Numbered from the whole stretch's first letter, positions 1-13,586 are shown. The stretch is DNA of 63,621 nucleotides, filler included, from Rhabdomonas costata (GCA_019059605.1; 20 parts of 20 records of this genome joined end to end with filler, not necessarily neighbours in it); one strand, 5' to 3'. A program made the numbers and translations. The notes: generated by a model from the sequence alone, not told the origin.

Positions 1-1477
1 TTGTGGGTGTGTTTGGTTTTGTGGTTTTTTTCCCTGCTTGTGTTTTGTTTTTTAGTCAAAAAGAAGTTTAGTCGCCATTTTAGGGTCATTTTAGGGTCCT
101 CAGTGGAAGGAGGTAACGTGAAACAGCTGGTCGTTCGTCACGCATCACAGAATGCAGTGCGCAAGATCAAACCTGGAAGCGGGTACCATTTTTGCTTCCG
201 TGTACTACTCAGTCCCTACGGTGGTAGTGAAGTCAACGAGGAGTGTGCAACAAGGAGACGTGCTGGATACGTGAGATGGCCCTGCAGCTTGAGCAGGCTG
301 GACTCGACTTCCAACATTGTTTCTTGGACGAAGCACACCTTGCAGCTAATTTCCCGTGCGAAGCCTCTTGCGGTCGTGTCGCCGCGCTTGGAAAGTTTGG
401 GACTTTCCTTAAATACTATGAAGTGCAAGGTTTCTCTTTAAAAGGTGCATCCAGCGACCACCAGCATCTGGAGGTGGGTTCCGATGGTGCCACCAGAGGG
501 AATCACTGCGCTCGACGTTCCCGTTCGCTCGGAGCGTATCGGGAGAACATGTTTCTGCATATACAGTATATTTATTTGGTTAAGCTTTTTATTTTTTTTT
601 GCAGATATATCACGAATGATGGAGTGTATGTGGCTTGACCCCAGTCTGGCAGAGTTTCTTGTTCACAGGGCCTGCATGGTGGGTGTCGTTTTTTCTTCTT
701 AAATAACTTAAAACATTATAAAAATTTCTTCTCAGAGCGTTGGAATTTTGTCCTGGAGAAGAACTCGCCAGGACCACGGGCGCATGGATAGTTTGGTATT
801 AATTTGGTTTCATGGACGTGGTACTCTTCGCCTGTTTTGATGGTGGTGCTTGCTTGCTGCGGCAACTTTTGTAGATTGTAACGCAACCCTACACTTGAGA
901 AAACCTCCCACAACGTTTTGAAAAAAGAAGCTCGTTTTGAGGCTTTCCTTCTTGACTCCTGCCCACACGTCTCGGGTGCCACTCTGCAGTTGTCGGGGCC
1001 AGCATAAACTGCATTAATTGATCCTCCAGCTGCAGCTGTCCGGATGAGAGGCGGAACAGCGTAGGAGTGTAGGAGGGGTACCAAACTGATAGAAAGGGAT
1101 TGAAGGACAAGGTCTCTGAGGGTGTATGACGTTGGGGATACTTGTTGGCAAACAGTGGAACGGATATCTTTTTCCTTTTAACACAGAAATTTTCACGTGC
1201 TTTGCGGTCAGGGTAACCTTGGGTGCTCGCTGCGAACGTGAAACAAGAACGCAAGGAGGCTGTGATATGAGACAGAACCGGATCCTGAAGACCGCGGCCC
1301 CGCGGTTCCGCAGACAGGCAAGCCCGAATTGCGGGTCGCTCAGTCTGCAACCCAGTATTCCAGAAAGTGCCTCTGAAAGCGCTTTTGCTGTCCTCAGCAG
1401 CACGTCATCAAAGACAACGCCAAACCAAGAACGAAGACCTCAGGAGCTAAAGACATCCAAAAAATACATAACCGAGA

Positions 1478-3084
1478 TCAGTTCAGATTGGCCTGGTGGT
1501 TTGCCTCCGGGGGGATCACAGTGCCCTTCACCGTCCACTCCGTCACATCCACAGCGGGTTCCGGCTCCACCGCCACACCAGGCTTCAGCGTCTCCATAAT
1601 CCGGATCACGTACCGCCCCATCTCGTTCTCCCCCTTGAAAAGCTTGTGCATGGCGTGGTTGACGTCCTTCGCCGCGATCGGCTCGATGTCCACAGTGATC
1701 TTGTGCGCCGCACAGAAGTCCAGCATCTCCTGGGTCTCCCGGATGCCCCCGATCGCGGACCCCGCAAGCGCGATCCGCCGGAACAGAAGCTCCAGCGGGG
1801 GCACCAGGAAGTCCTCCGTGGGCGCGCCCAGAAGCACGAGCGTCCCGCTGGCCTTCAGCATCGGCAGGAAGTCCGCGATCTGGTGGTTCGCGCTGACGGT
1901 GTCAATAATCAGGTCAAGAGAACCCTGCAAGCGGTATGACGTCCCAACCTGTGTAATTCCACACCAGCGCTGGGTCAAGGAGAGAAAATGAATGAATCAG
2001 CAGGGGATGGCAGCAGAACAGCTTGCAGCCGATCTTCGAAGGCACTTTCTGCGGCAGAGCCATGCGCACAGCCACCACGAAAAAGTGTGTGTGGGGGGGG
2101 GTTCTTATTCCCCTTCCCCTTCGCTGGGTTTTCAGACACTTCATCCGCAAACATTTCTCGACGCATAACGCGCCCTCTTATGTTTTGAGACACAAGACCC
2201 GTGCCATGCAAAAAGTGAGAAGCAAAAACCAAAGCTTGGGTCAAACCACAAATTTGCGAAACTTTGTTACACCCCAGAAACGGTGAGCCGAACTGAACTT
2301 CGCTGCTTCGAATCCACAAGAACAGACAATTATGCTGCCATCTACTACACTGGGAGGCAATTTTAATTATCCCTAAACCCCCTATAAGTCCAAATCGTTA
2401 TTTTTAAATTTTCAACTCTGGCAATTTTTGGTACTAACACTTTTAAGGTAGCATGGCGCAGGCAATATTTGGCGGATAAAGTGCATTTCAATCAAAAAGG
2501 ACAAATCTTCACCCAAAGGCGGGTGCGCAACAAAACTGGTTTACCCTCTACACAACACAACAATGCGGGAGCACCCAGACAACACGCGTCCAGGCGAGCG
2601 ACACCTAACTTCACGTAATGCGCCATGATCCTCGATGTTGTCGTGAGCCTTGACGAAGAGGAGATTGGGAGAATGCGGATTTGGCAAAAACTTTTTAACC
2701 TGTCAAAACTCTGCTCAAAGCTCTTTCAGCTTCCTTCGAGTTCTTCACCTTACTATCCCTCTGACCAAAGTCAATAACGGCGCACCTTCGCTGCGGTGAC
2801 CTGTCCCACGTCCTGGTAGTCCACGTACTTCGCCCCAAGACGCTCCGCGAACCCCTTCTTCTTCTGCCCGCGGCTCAGCACCGTCACCGCGTTCCCCATC
2901 GCAACCGCCAACTTCACCGCAACATGGCCCAGACCGCCCAACCCTAGCACACCCACCGAGTACCCAGACCCCCCCGCCTTCGCCCCGAAGTGCACCAACG
3001 GGCTGTACGTCGTGATCCCCGCACACAGCAGAGGCGCCGCGACGTCCAGCGCCAGGCTGTCCGGCACCCGCACCACGAAGTCCT
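1478..3084 (-). CDS. NADP-dependent Zn alcohol dehydrogenase (cinnamyl-ADH/MDR family), 3' part
   Basis: Exons 3084-2786 and 1924-1478, with a GT-AG intron at 2785-1925 ([14 protein letters not shown]). Motifs [40 protein letters not shown]. Ends in TGA. Confidence 0.93.
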
Positions 3085-3184
3085 NNNNNNNNNNNNNNNN
3101 NNNNNNNNNNNNNNNNNNNNNNNNNNNNTTAATTAATTAANNNNNNNNNNNNNNNNNNNNNNNNNNNNNNNNNNNNNNNNNNNN
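3085..3184. other. Artificial contig linker N44-TTAATTAATTAA-N44 (first of 19)
   Basis: The identical 100-nt spacer, with stops in all six frames, recurs about every 3.19 kb. Contigs: 1-3084, 3185-6275, 6376-9466, 9567-12657, 12758-15847, 15948-19037, 19138-22224, 22325-25414, 25515-28601, 28702-31785, 31886-34972, 35073-38158, 38259-41343, 41444-44528, 44629-47711, 47812-50895, 50996-54080, 54181-57261, 57362-60442, 60543-63621. Confidence 0.99.
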
Positions 3185-3653
3185 GTTGGTGGGTGACTTG
3201 GTTACAACGTGAACCCAGAGGCACACGCGCCGCCCCCTTCAACCTTTGAGTAGGCACCGTATTTTTTATGGTGTATCCCTATTCTGGAATGCCCCGGAAT
3301 GTACAGCGTAGGCCCAAAGCAGGCCAGGTCACACTCCAGGGAACCCAGCACCCAGGCGAACACAACAGCAGAGTAAAGTGCAAACCTTTGCCCACCCATG
3401 GGGAGCCAAAGGTTCGGTGGATTGACGCACCCACACATATGATCACTCAGAAGGTTTGCCGGTGTCACCGTCCAAGAGCGGAAGGTCTTTCATTGAAAGT
3501 CGATGAGCTGGAGAGCAGTTGTGACGTCATGTCACAGTAAAAAAAAAACGGGCCACTGGGCCGCCGCACAAACACACAACACAAATGCAAGTGCACGCCT
3601 TCAACGGAAAACCGAGAGAACCAGAAAGGATTCGCAAGCCGGACCCTCACAAA

Positions 3654-5402
3654 TTACCAGCCTTCGCTTAATTTAAAGACCTGGTACCTTTCGTTTACCC
3701 CATAGCGGTGACGCCGCAGAAGCCTGACCAGGTCCAACCCGTGCGGCAGGGGCACATGCTCCTCCGGACTGCCCGGCATCCGGGAATACGACTCCACGAA
3801 CTTGAAAAGAGTTAGCCCGGGGTTCACTCGAAGAATGTCAGCCAGACAAGCGATGATGTAAGCCTCCTGGGCCTTGATGCCCGCCTTCAGCTTCTTGTCG
3901 TTTTCTTTCCAGGCTCGATTCTCGGCGAGGCAGATCTGCAGCAGTGGAGTAAGAGTAGTAGGTCAACCGCAATTCTTGGGCATAACTAACCATCATGCTT
4001 AGTTTCAAATGAAATTACATTCAAAGCGTGGCATGAGTCATGTGGTTATCCAACATCAACCTGTAAGAATGACATGGCTGAGGGGTGGCCGCTCAACCCC
4101 AGCAAGAAAACGGCAGCTTTGAAATCCAACTGACCGTCTGCAACCCAACACCGAAAAAAAAACCTTCTTGAGCCGTGCGTTGCCCGAAGTCAACTGCAGG
4201 GTGTCCCGGTGCCGGAAGACAAGATCCTTCCAGAACGCGAAGGTGTCCGCGGGGCCGATGACCGCCTCGTACACCTCCGGGGCCGCCTTGCGGGCGAAAA
4301 ATCTCAGCTTATCCAGGCTCAGGCTGCCCTGGTGGGGGTTCACCTGAGGATCTTGCAGCACCCGTACCACAACCTCCACCAGGGCGGCCTCGGCCTCGGT
4401 ATCGGCCTCAGTGGAGGTACTCGCAGCGCGATCCAAGGGAAGGGTCTGTGAGTAGTCACTGGAGCCGGAAAGCCTGCGATTGTGAAAAAAAAAGGGGGGG
4501 CCAGATTTCCGAAGACGGGGCATAGGGAAAAAGTTTGCACCTGTGAAAATATGGCCTGTGCCAGGTCAAGAGTGAGAAGCAAAAAAACACTGCGGTTGAG
4601 CGCAAAGTGAGGGGAACGAAATCCTAAAAGAAGAAAAAACTTAACACTCGGAACGGCGGTCAGACCAGCGAAGCGCGTTTCTAGCGAAGCCCTGAGGCGA
4701 CATTCTTTCTTTCAGTCGCTGCGAGCAGGCCTTAAACGAGAGTCCCCAACTTCTGCTCACGTGTTTTGCGTGAGAACGAAAGTGGATCACGGACGCATGT
4801 CTTTTTGCTGTGACCTACAGGGGTGGCGGGCGCCTGACAAGGACAACAATTTGGTCTAGCTCGCGGAAACTGGACTTGCGGCACGTTGAGAACAGATTTC
4901 ACCACGCCGCCAATAACCTAAGAGCTTCATTTCTAATTCCACCAGCACAAGAAGAAAATCAGAGCTTCAAACACCTGGACAACGGAGCGGATGAGGTGGC
5001 CGCCCAGGGTTCATAGGCCTCATCAGAGCAGACTGAAAGGCTACCGTCAGGGCCCGATACAGGGGAGAACTGGTACTGGGTGCCGGGAAAGAAGCTTCCT
5101 GGGCTCACAGCGGGAGAGCAGTAGATCCCACTGGGTACGCTCACCGCCAAAGGGCGGTCCTTGCCCTTGGGTGGTACAGAGCTGGTGCAGACCTCAGTGG
5201 AACTACTGGGGTTGGGAAGTGTGGCCAGGTCCTCTCCAGACGTGGCCTCGTGCCAGTCCACCTCATCAGCCCAGCACCCGTTGTGAACTGGTGAGGCCGG
5301 AACGGGATCCTCGGAGTCGTTGGAAGAGCGGCGGGCAGAGTCTAGGCACTCCGATGGCTGAGCACTTTTGGGTAAAATCGGGTGCTCGGAGACCTTTTCC
5401 AT
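3654..5402 (-). CDS. Hypothetical protein, resembles a euglenozoan-type conserved domain
   Basis: Phase-compatible GT-AG exons 5402-4975, 4473-4164 and 3935-~3654. Ser/Pro-rich N-terminus, then ...GSLSLDKL...ICLAENRAWKEND...DLVRLLRRH. The family resemblance is from memory and the 3' end is uncertain. Confidence 0.6.
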
Positions 5403-6666
5403 TCCTTCAGCAATTTTGGGGGGGTTGTTCAGCCTCCGACGTGTTCAACCTTCGAAAGTCGAAGGCTGAAAGTCGAAAGCGGAAAGCGGAATTCTGGAAG
5501 AAGGAATGGAATGGATACACTCCCCTTGTGAGCATTGGCGTGCCTTCTGAAGCTGTCAATATGTAAATCTTCCCACAATGATGCAATGCAAACAGTCCTG
5601 GCTCGTCCATAGTTTGATGTCCGTGTCCTCGCACATAACGAGAATGAGGAACCTGATTTAGCGCTCACCTATTGCCGTTTGTGCGAGACCAAAATTGAGT
5701 GCATGACCTCAAAAACTCCTCGGTTTCCTCCAAGCTAGGGGATAAAGAAAAATTAGCAAATATCGTATGGCTCCGATTTCAAAATGTGCTCAGCTGAAAC
5801 GCTCAGACCAAATGTCGTCCACCTCCTCGTCCACCATTGCGGAGAGACCTGAAGACCGTGGCAGCGCTTGAATGGTCAACAATTCACATATACGCGATGA
5901 GCGGCCGAGGCGTTCCCACTGCCGATACCGGTGGATTATTTGGAGCACCCCCCTCCTCCTCCCCCTCCGTTTCAGTGTAGGGTGTGGCCATTCACCAAAA
6001 AAAATATATGAAAGGCTCCCTTTTTATCCATTCCAAAACTCCCGCAAGCACTTCCCTCCGGTGAGCAGAACCTTCCAAAGTCATGCTGTGCCGAAGCATG
6101 AGTGATGGTACTGGTAACCCGTTCAACCCTGGAAAACAACCGCAGCAAAGGGCCACACAGAGAGAGCCCACAGCTTTGGACGCAAACAAAGAGCCAAAAC
6201 AACCCGCACACAACAAGAACTCAACAGTTGCCCGGAAACAGAAAACAACCACAGAGAAGGCCTTCGTTGGAAGAGNNNNNNNNNNNNNNNNNNNNNNNNN
6301 NNNNNNNNNNNNNNNNNNNTTAATTAATTAANNNNNNNNNNNNNNNNNNNNNNNNNNNNNNNNNNNNNNNNNNNNGGTGTTGGTTTTTGTAGGGGAAAGT
6401 TGAGGTTGAGGTTGAGGTTGAGGTTTTTTCCACTCCTGGACTCCATACCAGTCAATGAGTCGACTGGGCCGAACTCTCTTCTCTGTCCATTCTGTAGCTT
6501 TTCTTGTGCCAAACTTTCTCTTTTATAACGCAGGCAATTTGCCATCCGCTTGCCATCCGTCCAGCTCACACAGGGCCTTGGGAGCCTCTTAGTTTGCACG
6601 TGGTATGGTCGTTTGGACACAGATACACTTGTACGCACCCTTGGGGTCCACCGGATAGTACTGTAA

Positions 6667-8818
6667 CCCCTCCAGCTCCAGCAGCAGCTCAGCCTCCCCA
6701 GCCGCGGCAAAAAGGCCTCCAGAAACTCCGCCAGCACCGCTCGAAGCTGTGCCACGGATTGGAGGTGCGCCTGCGAGTGCCTGCTTGCATTCTCGCCATT
6801 CTACAACATTCATTTACTTTCATGTAATAGAATACTACCCACCTGAATCCAGGAACTGGTCTGAAAAAGACCAAGGGTCGCTGCTGCATCGAAATAGTGG
6901 AGAGACATTTGTTGATTGTGTTCTTTTGTCGTCTCGGAATATTCTCCCACCACAAGTCGGACCGACCAACCCCCTTGTACAACACTGCCCATTTCCGCAA
7001 TTTCTCTTCTCGGCTTTCATCAGAATATACAGCTGTTTCGAGTCCAAGAGTGTGGCGAGCAGCTGGAGAGAGCATTACACAGGAGCCGTGGCCACAGCCA
7101 TCCCGCGCGCTCACCTCATCGACTGAGCGGGCCAACACCGTGGCCATTGGGCCGTGCAGCAGCTGGAAGGCCTCGCAGGCCCTCCGCAGGGCCCCCCGCA
7201 GAACAGGCGGACCCAAGCCCCACCCCAACGCACCCTCCTGCCCACTCCGCCTGGAGCCATCCGCAGAGTCCTACATGTGTGCGTGTGTGAGAGTGCATGA
7301 GTGCGTATGCGTGACTGCAATCGACCCAAAAAGTTCACAGCTCTCTCAAAGATCGGAAGGTCATCTGAGGTAAAATTCTTGCTGAGCTTGGGGAACCCTG
7401 CTCAGCGCCAAAGATCGGGCGGTGTCCCAGTGCGTGTGTGCATTGCCTTCAAGCGCGGGTATCACTGAGTGTACGCTCGTACTTGGTAGATGGGTCCGAT
7501 TGCATTTGCCCGTTCCTGTGAGTTCGGATTTCGCCCACGGCAGCTCTCCCGATCCCCCCCCCCCTTGGAATCCGGATTTAGTGCGCGGTGGTGGTGGAGT
7601 CCCATTGTAAGCCTTGTCAGCATAATTGCTAGTTGTGGAAACAACTGAACTTTGTACGATACGGCGATATTTTCCAGGTGTGCAGCAGACCGTAGCTTTA
7701 GTTTTTGCTTCTCACTTTTGAAATCTGACCTACACGGGCCCTTTATCCCTACGACCGCTCAGTACACGGTGTGCACGCAGCGGTCCCACCGATTTTTTTT
7801 TTCCTGAAAAAGAGGTTTGGGGCTACGTCGCCCCTCGCCCTGCTCAGCGAAGTTCGCTGCAACTGAACCCAGGCAAAGAGAGATGGGCAGAGCAGAGGAG
7901 ATCTGAAAATGGGCAAGGGATCGAAGAATGGAGTGAAGCAAACGTTGGAAAGAAAGAGGGAGGGGTGGTCGCTGAAGTGTGGTGTGCACGCCTGCTCTGG
8001 TCTGGAGACGCATATGACCACCCAGAAGTCGGGCTCCGGCTGATAGAACACCTGTTGAAAGTTCACACAGGCTACAAAATTATTATTCCTTTTCGGAACA
8101 AAAAATGGAAAAAAAAACCCTGAAAAAATCGGTAAAATCTGAGCCGAATCAATTCGCAGGGCAATTCGGGAAAAGCATACTTGCAGGAGGTCCTTGGTCA
8201 GCATCTGCTGCACCCCAGTGGAGGAGAACTTCCTCATCAGCCCCAGCACAGCTGGACCCCCCCCCACTTCCCACTTGGCGCCAAACAAAGAAGAAACCCA
8301 GTGCCCAATATAGAAGAGAATGTTCCACGTGCCACCACAGGACCCTGATCCCTTTCCTTCACATCCCTTCAAACAACTCTATAAAAGGGGTCAAAACAAA
8401 AACCAAGTCTCTCAAGGCCCAAGTCTCTCAAATTGCCACTCTGCCGTTCGATCAAAGGGTTTTTGGGACTCCACTTCAAAGGAACCCAAACATTTTTGTG
8501 GTCTTAAGTGCGGTTAGTAGTTCGGCGGTTGACGATAAAGTGGAAGGGCAGCGGAAGAACCGCACACAAACCCACAGCCAGCCCGGCGTGGGTGCTCAGC
8601 TGGTTCACCGTTGCTCCAGGGGGCCAGTAGAACATCACATCCTCTGCGGGACTGCCCTCCTCCTCAGATCCCCGGGACGGCGTGGGGTGCACCACGAACA
8701 ACCGGACCAGCCCCCACCGCTCCGCCAAAGCCTTCCAGCCCTCGCCACTCCCCCGACCACCGACACTGCTGCTGCTGCTGCTACTTTGTGTGCCAGCGCT
8801 GCTGGAAGAGGATGCCAT
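6667..8818 (-). CDS. CCZ1/HPS4-like longin-domain vacuolar fusion protein, 5' part
   Basis: Exons 8818-8572, 8251-8181, 8051-7992, 7270-7115 and 6770-~6667, all phase-compatible. Motifs LFVVHP...EEE...VMFYWPP, AGLAVAVLGLMRKFS, VFYQPEPDFWVVICV, RRACEAFQLLHG match the CCZ1 first longin domain. Intron 7991-7271 is GC-AG. Confidence 0.75.
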
Positions 8819-11800
8819 TCTCACACTACCGAAGAGAGCCTCCTCCAAATGGCGGTCCCTCACAAACTGGATTGTGTTAAGGTTTCAGCTCCCGGCAAAT
8901 AAAATCCCAACTCTCTCTTCAAGACCGGTGTGCCAGGGAGGCGTAACGCGGAAATGCAAAAGGTCACCTCGCGATGCTTCGAAGAATCCCATCCCATCCC
9001 GAATTCACCTCTCCACAATTAGCTTCTTGCCATATGCCATCACCGACATCACAAGAAATGAACATACTCGGACGGTTTTCCTGCGCGATGCCTTAAAATG
9101 GATCCCACAGCGACGAAGGATGACAGTCCGTCAGTCCGCAGTGTCTGTCCGCCGGAGATTTCATTGCGCGATGGGGACCCCTCAGCACCACAGCTTTCAG
9201 AATTGTAGGCACTGGCAATATTGCATTTCAACAGTGGATAGTAGTTTGGAACCGCTGTACGAAAAGCATGGCCACTGCTTTGATCTTGCTCAACACCTTG
9301 TTGGGATTTTTGAGCGGAACCTGACCAATGCGCCGTTTACTGAGAAGACAAGACAAGGCCCACCCCCTTGTCTCGCAAATAACTGGTCAAGAAATGGGTC
9401 CAAGCGAGAAGACCTTCAACTTCAGGAAACGAACGAAGTAGCAGACGCGACCATTGCCCCCAACAANNNNNNNNNNNNNNNNNNNNNNNNNNNNNNNNNN
9501 NNNNNNNNNNTTAATTAATTAANNNNNNNNNNNNNNNNNNNNNNNNNNNNNNNNNNNNNNNNNNNNGGTGGGGTGGGATAAAGAGGAAAGAATGAAGTTG
9601 GACGGTTTTTTCAGCATCCTATGTCCCACATAAATTTAAATCATATTGTTGTTATCAATCCTTTGTGTACCACCTGCATATACATATTTTTGTGTGTGAC
9701 GCGCCGCGCAACAGCTTTTACTACCACATCCAACCGTCCAACTTCATTCTTTCCTCTTTATCCTATCCGCCCCTCCATCCCACAAGATGTGCCTTTTTGT
9801 TGTGTTTTGTATCGCACCTCTTTCCCACTCTTCACTCCATCTGTGTCTCCTTGTTTCAGTTTCTTAAACAAAATGGCCTTCATTTTAATCAGCAGAGTGC
9901 TCTAAGTTCAGCACAATAGAATTGTGCCATCACTGATATCAACAGCCTGTGGTATGGAAAATGTTGAATAACTATGCAAGAACACAGTTTGTATACACAG
10001 AAGTTTACATTGGAAGTTTACATTAACTCTCTCTTTGTGCATATGTGCTGTAATGTCCTTTTGGATAGTTATTGGTTGTATTTGAGAGCAAGTGCTGTTG
10101 TTTTGTGGCAGATTTTCATCAGACATGCAAATTAGCCCAGTTGTTTTGGTCCCATTCTGCATTCCACCCATTCTTTTAGGGTTAAGATTGGAAATGAAGA
10201 GGGATCTGAAGACAGGTGTGACTTTGTGGCGTAACTGTGGTGCAATTTATTTCCTCTTCATCTTTTTCTCGTGATGCATAAAGTGCTCATAGATCTGAAT
10301 TTTAGAATTATCCATGTATTAATGAGGCTCTTCCATGGTCCGTTGAAATACAGGAATCTGATGATAAATTAATCCGTGCTACCCCGTGAAGGCAGAGTTG
10401 TAGATGTGCTCCTACCACATTCCTGCTTTCTTCACAGTAACGTGACCTTGACGCTATGCGACTTGAGTTAGACGTTGCCATTTTACAGATCACCATCAAT
10501 AGTCGTTTTTCACCTCATATCAGGCCCACGCGGATAGGAGGCGGTACCATTTACGGATGCCCAACAAATTATTATTAATCTAGCATTCTATTTTGCATGG
10601 CAATGTACTCAAAAACCACAACTAAAACGCGCATTGCAAATTTATAGGATTAAATGCAATACAATCTGCATTGATTGCAGCTTGTGATTTGCTTTGCTTT
10701 GATTTAATCTGCCATGTTGCGTCTAGTACAAGATCTACTGCAAAAATACTCACAAAACGCCTGGTACTCTCATAAGTATTTAGAGTTAGTGGCAACAGAA
10801 ACCCAAAAGCATGCAGCAATTCGCAAAATTATGGACCCCAGTCAGCACGAAGAAAACAACACCTTCAAGAAAATGGCGCTGTAAAAAATCTGAATTTAGT
10901 AAATAAACATGATTAGTTTATGCTTCCACGGTGAAAAACTTTTCAACTCCTGCAATCGGGGCTCCTGGAAACGTCAATTTATGGATGGGCAATCTCAAAC
11001 ACAAATCAAACACGAAACCAAAAGAGCACAATTGATCAACATTGTAATTTTCCTAGCTTTGAGGCAAAGGAAACTATCACCAAATCTGCCACCGCCTAGT
11101 TTAAGTACTTGTGACAATAAATAGTTAAAACTTAACCGCAGCTGGAGAAGATTCACGAGACAGATGATAAGATCAAAAGGCGATCCTAATCAAGATATGT
11201 GTGGTGCAGAAGGTTTTCATTGAGCTATGTTAGAGTGAATAGTAGTATTCAAAGAGGATATAAACAGCAAGAATGACAAGAACTAATCGCCTCAAGGTCT
11301 ACGAAACTGTAACATTTAGGAAATTGAAGCACAAGCATATGAGAAGAACCAGAAATGAATCCCGAACCAAAAAGAAAATGAGGGCGCGCCAAGAGGTTTT
11401 TCATTGATATTACCAATGTAATGGGTTGTCCAGGTTTTGTTTGGATGATTATGTTAATGTCAAAATATGCCAAATATGGAGATTCAAGTGGACATTTGGA
11501 TGTTGAGTAGCATTGTATTTGCTAAAGACCCATCCGAGTTTGGCGAAGGGAGGCGGTATGGCAAAAATGCGCTCATACAAGCGGCGGATGCAGCAGGAGA
11601 AGTGCAAATCTGTGCGGTGACAAGAGACTTGATGCAAGTGGAAATGTGGTTATTCCATTTTGAGTGTTTTTGCCAAGGCCAATGCGGTTAGTTCCATTTA
11701 AATGAGGGGCATAATTGAGACGGGAAGTTGGTAGTGGAGTTTTACGTATTGAGAAGAGGTGCTGTTTAAATGTTGCTAAGTCATCTTTGGAGAAGTTTTA

Positions 11801-13187
11801 GTGGCTACATATAGGGTGTAACGTAGTGTCAAGTTGTTACCGAGAGTGGTAGAACAACATTTCACAGGCTTGGGCAGCTGAAAGCGAAACGCTTTCGGTA
11901 ATACTCTGACAGTGCGTCAGCTAATCTAGACCAACAAGTAGAAAATAAAGTCTTCTCACATAGTGCAGACAACTCTCACAAAGCGTAGGATCTGTTGGGA
12001 TGAACCAGTGATTGTATATGATGTGATAGCTACGCTGTGAAGTCGCAGTGGTGATATGGTTTTTGATGTGGCTTCCAAGACTCCATCCTCGCGCTGTAAA
12101 GAAAGAAATCATCGCCCTGGTAGGCTTACGTCACACCATTTTATTCTCACCTTGTTGTACTCATTTCCAAACGCACTCCGGACGGATTTTCCGGCTTGAC
12201 ATCACTGAAGCCTTCAAACCTGTTTGGGGGATGTGGTGTAGAGGTACAAACAGATATATTTGGGAGAGTAGAAGCCAGGTCCCCGAAGTGAGGATCTCGC
12301 AAGTGTTAGGTGGCCCCGTACCGTTATTTCGGTGATTTTCATGATTTAAGCTGCTCGGCGGCCAAAGATCGTAGAGGTGTGGCTGTCTGAAGCCATACTT
12401 GGCGGTTATCCATCCGAGAAATCCCCGACCAAAACTACCGGTTGTTCGCCTTCTTTACCCCACTATCTATTGTGGTGGTTGCGGTTCCAGCCTTTCACGC
12501 TCCATCAAGCAAATGCTTAAAACCGCAAAAATAAACGTCATCAGTGAAACAACAAACCTGTACATGAAGCAAAGTAGCGACATGCACGGGCAGTTTCTGT
12601 TTCCTGGTCCACGCTCAAAAAGAAATTTAATTACATATGTACAGGGCAGGTCAACAANNNNNNNNNNNNNNNNNNNNNNNNNNNNNNNNNNNNNNNNNNN
12701 NTTAATTAATTAANNNNNNNNNNNNNNNNNNNNNNNNNNNNNNNNNNNNNNNNNNNNTTGTGGGTGACCTCTCCCCGTCATATTTTTGGGCTGAATCGCA
12801 AATGGGCAATGATTGGTTTTTGGTCCTATGCTAGGCCGCTTGCAGCATATGGGCTTTTTGGCTTGACGTTTTAGAATCTCTACTTGGGAGCCCTGGGTTG
12901 CTTAACGAAAACCGCTCTGGTGTATCCCCGAAACTTTTGTGAATGTTGGTTTGCGTTGTATTAATGTTGAAACAGAATCTCATGCGTGAAATCGAAACGC
13001 CTCGGGTCTCTTTTTGGAACCAGGGCATTAAACCGGATTCAATGCGATCTTTGTGCAGTGATGGTGTGTGCGTGGGTGTGGATGACAAAGCGGACAGCAA
13101 AGAACTACATATCGGCGGGCCGAGAGGTGCCTTTTACCTTCCCATTGTATCCGTCCCGTGAATTGTTTGGGCGGTTTTCTGGGGCAG

Positions 13188-13586
13188 TACAAGGATGACA
13201 GCCTGGACGTCCTGACGGCCTTCGGCCCGGGGCATCCCTTGCCCGTTTTCTCGACGATTGAGGAGATCCCGGCCTTCCTGCAGGCGCATAGGGACAACCC
13301 CAACCTCAGCAACGCTCTGCAAAGGTTTCTGGCGTGTTGCTTCTCCCCAATCCCTCTTGCCATAGAAAACTGGCTCCTGTGCAAGGTGAGAGGGTATTGC
13401 CTTCGATTTCCTTGATGTAGATAAGTATGCCTCGTGTATGGTGGTTTTGCGGTCCATTGGTGTTGCCTGCCTTCAATTTTCTGCTTCCGCAATTCCACCT
13501 GTGTGGGCGGTGCAGGCGCGTTTTGCTGTGGTGGTTGCATCGCAAGGAGGAACTCATGGTGAACACCCGGAACGTCATCGAGCAAA
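13188..13586 (+). CDS. Hypothetical protein, possibly C-terminal part of a GT47/exostosin (RXYLT1-like) glycosyltransferase
   Basis: Exons 13188-13324 and 13516-13586 join in phase: ...GHPLPVFSTIEEIPAFLQ...LSNALQR|RVLLWWLHRKEEL. High GC3 codons. The family call is weak. Confidence 0.45.

Noticed and set aside
148-640. Possible multi-exon hypothetical gene on the plus strand
   Set aside because: It has coding-like stretches, but I found no consistent exon chain or recognisable family.
3129-3140. Regularly spaced TTAATTAATTAA palindrome as a biological repeat or CRISPR-like array
   Set aside because: It is always embedded in exactly 44+44 Ns, so it is a synthetic six-frame-stop concatenation linker.
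6399-6425. (GTTGAG)n as a telomeric repeat near a contig start
   Set aside because: Only about 4.5 copies, not TTAGGG and not terminal. It is a simple microsatellite.
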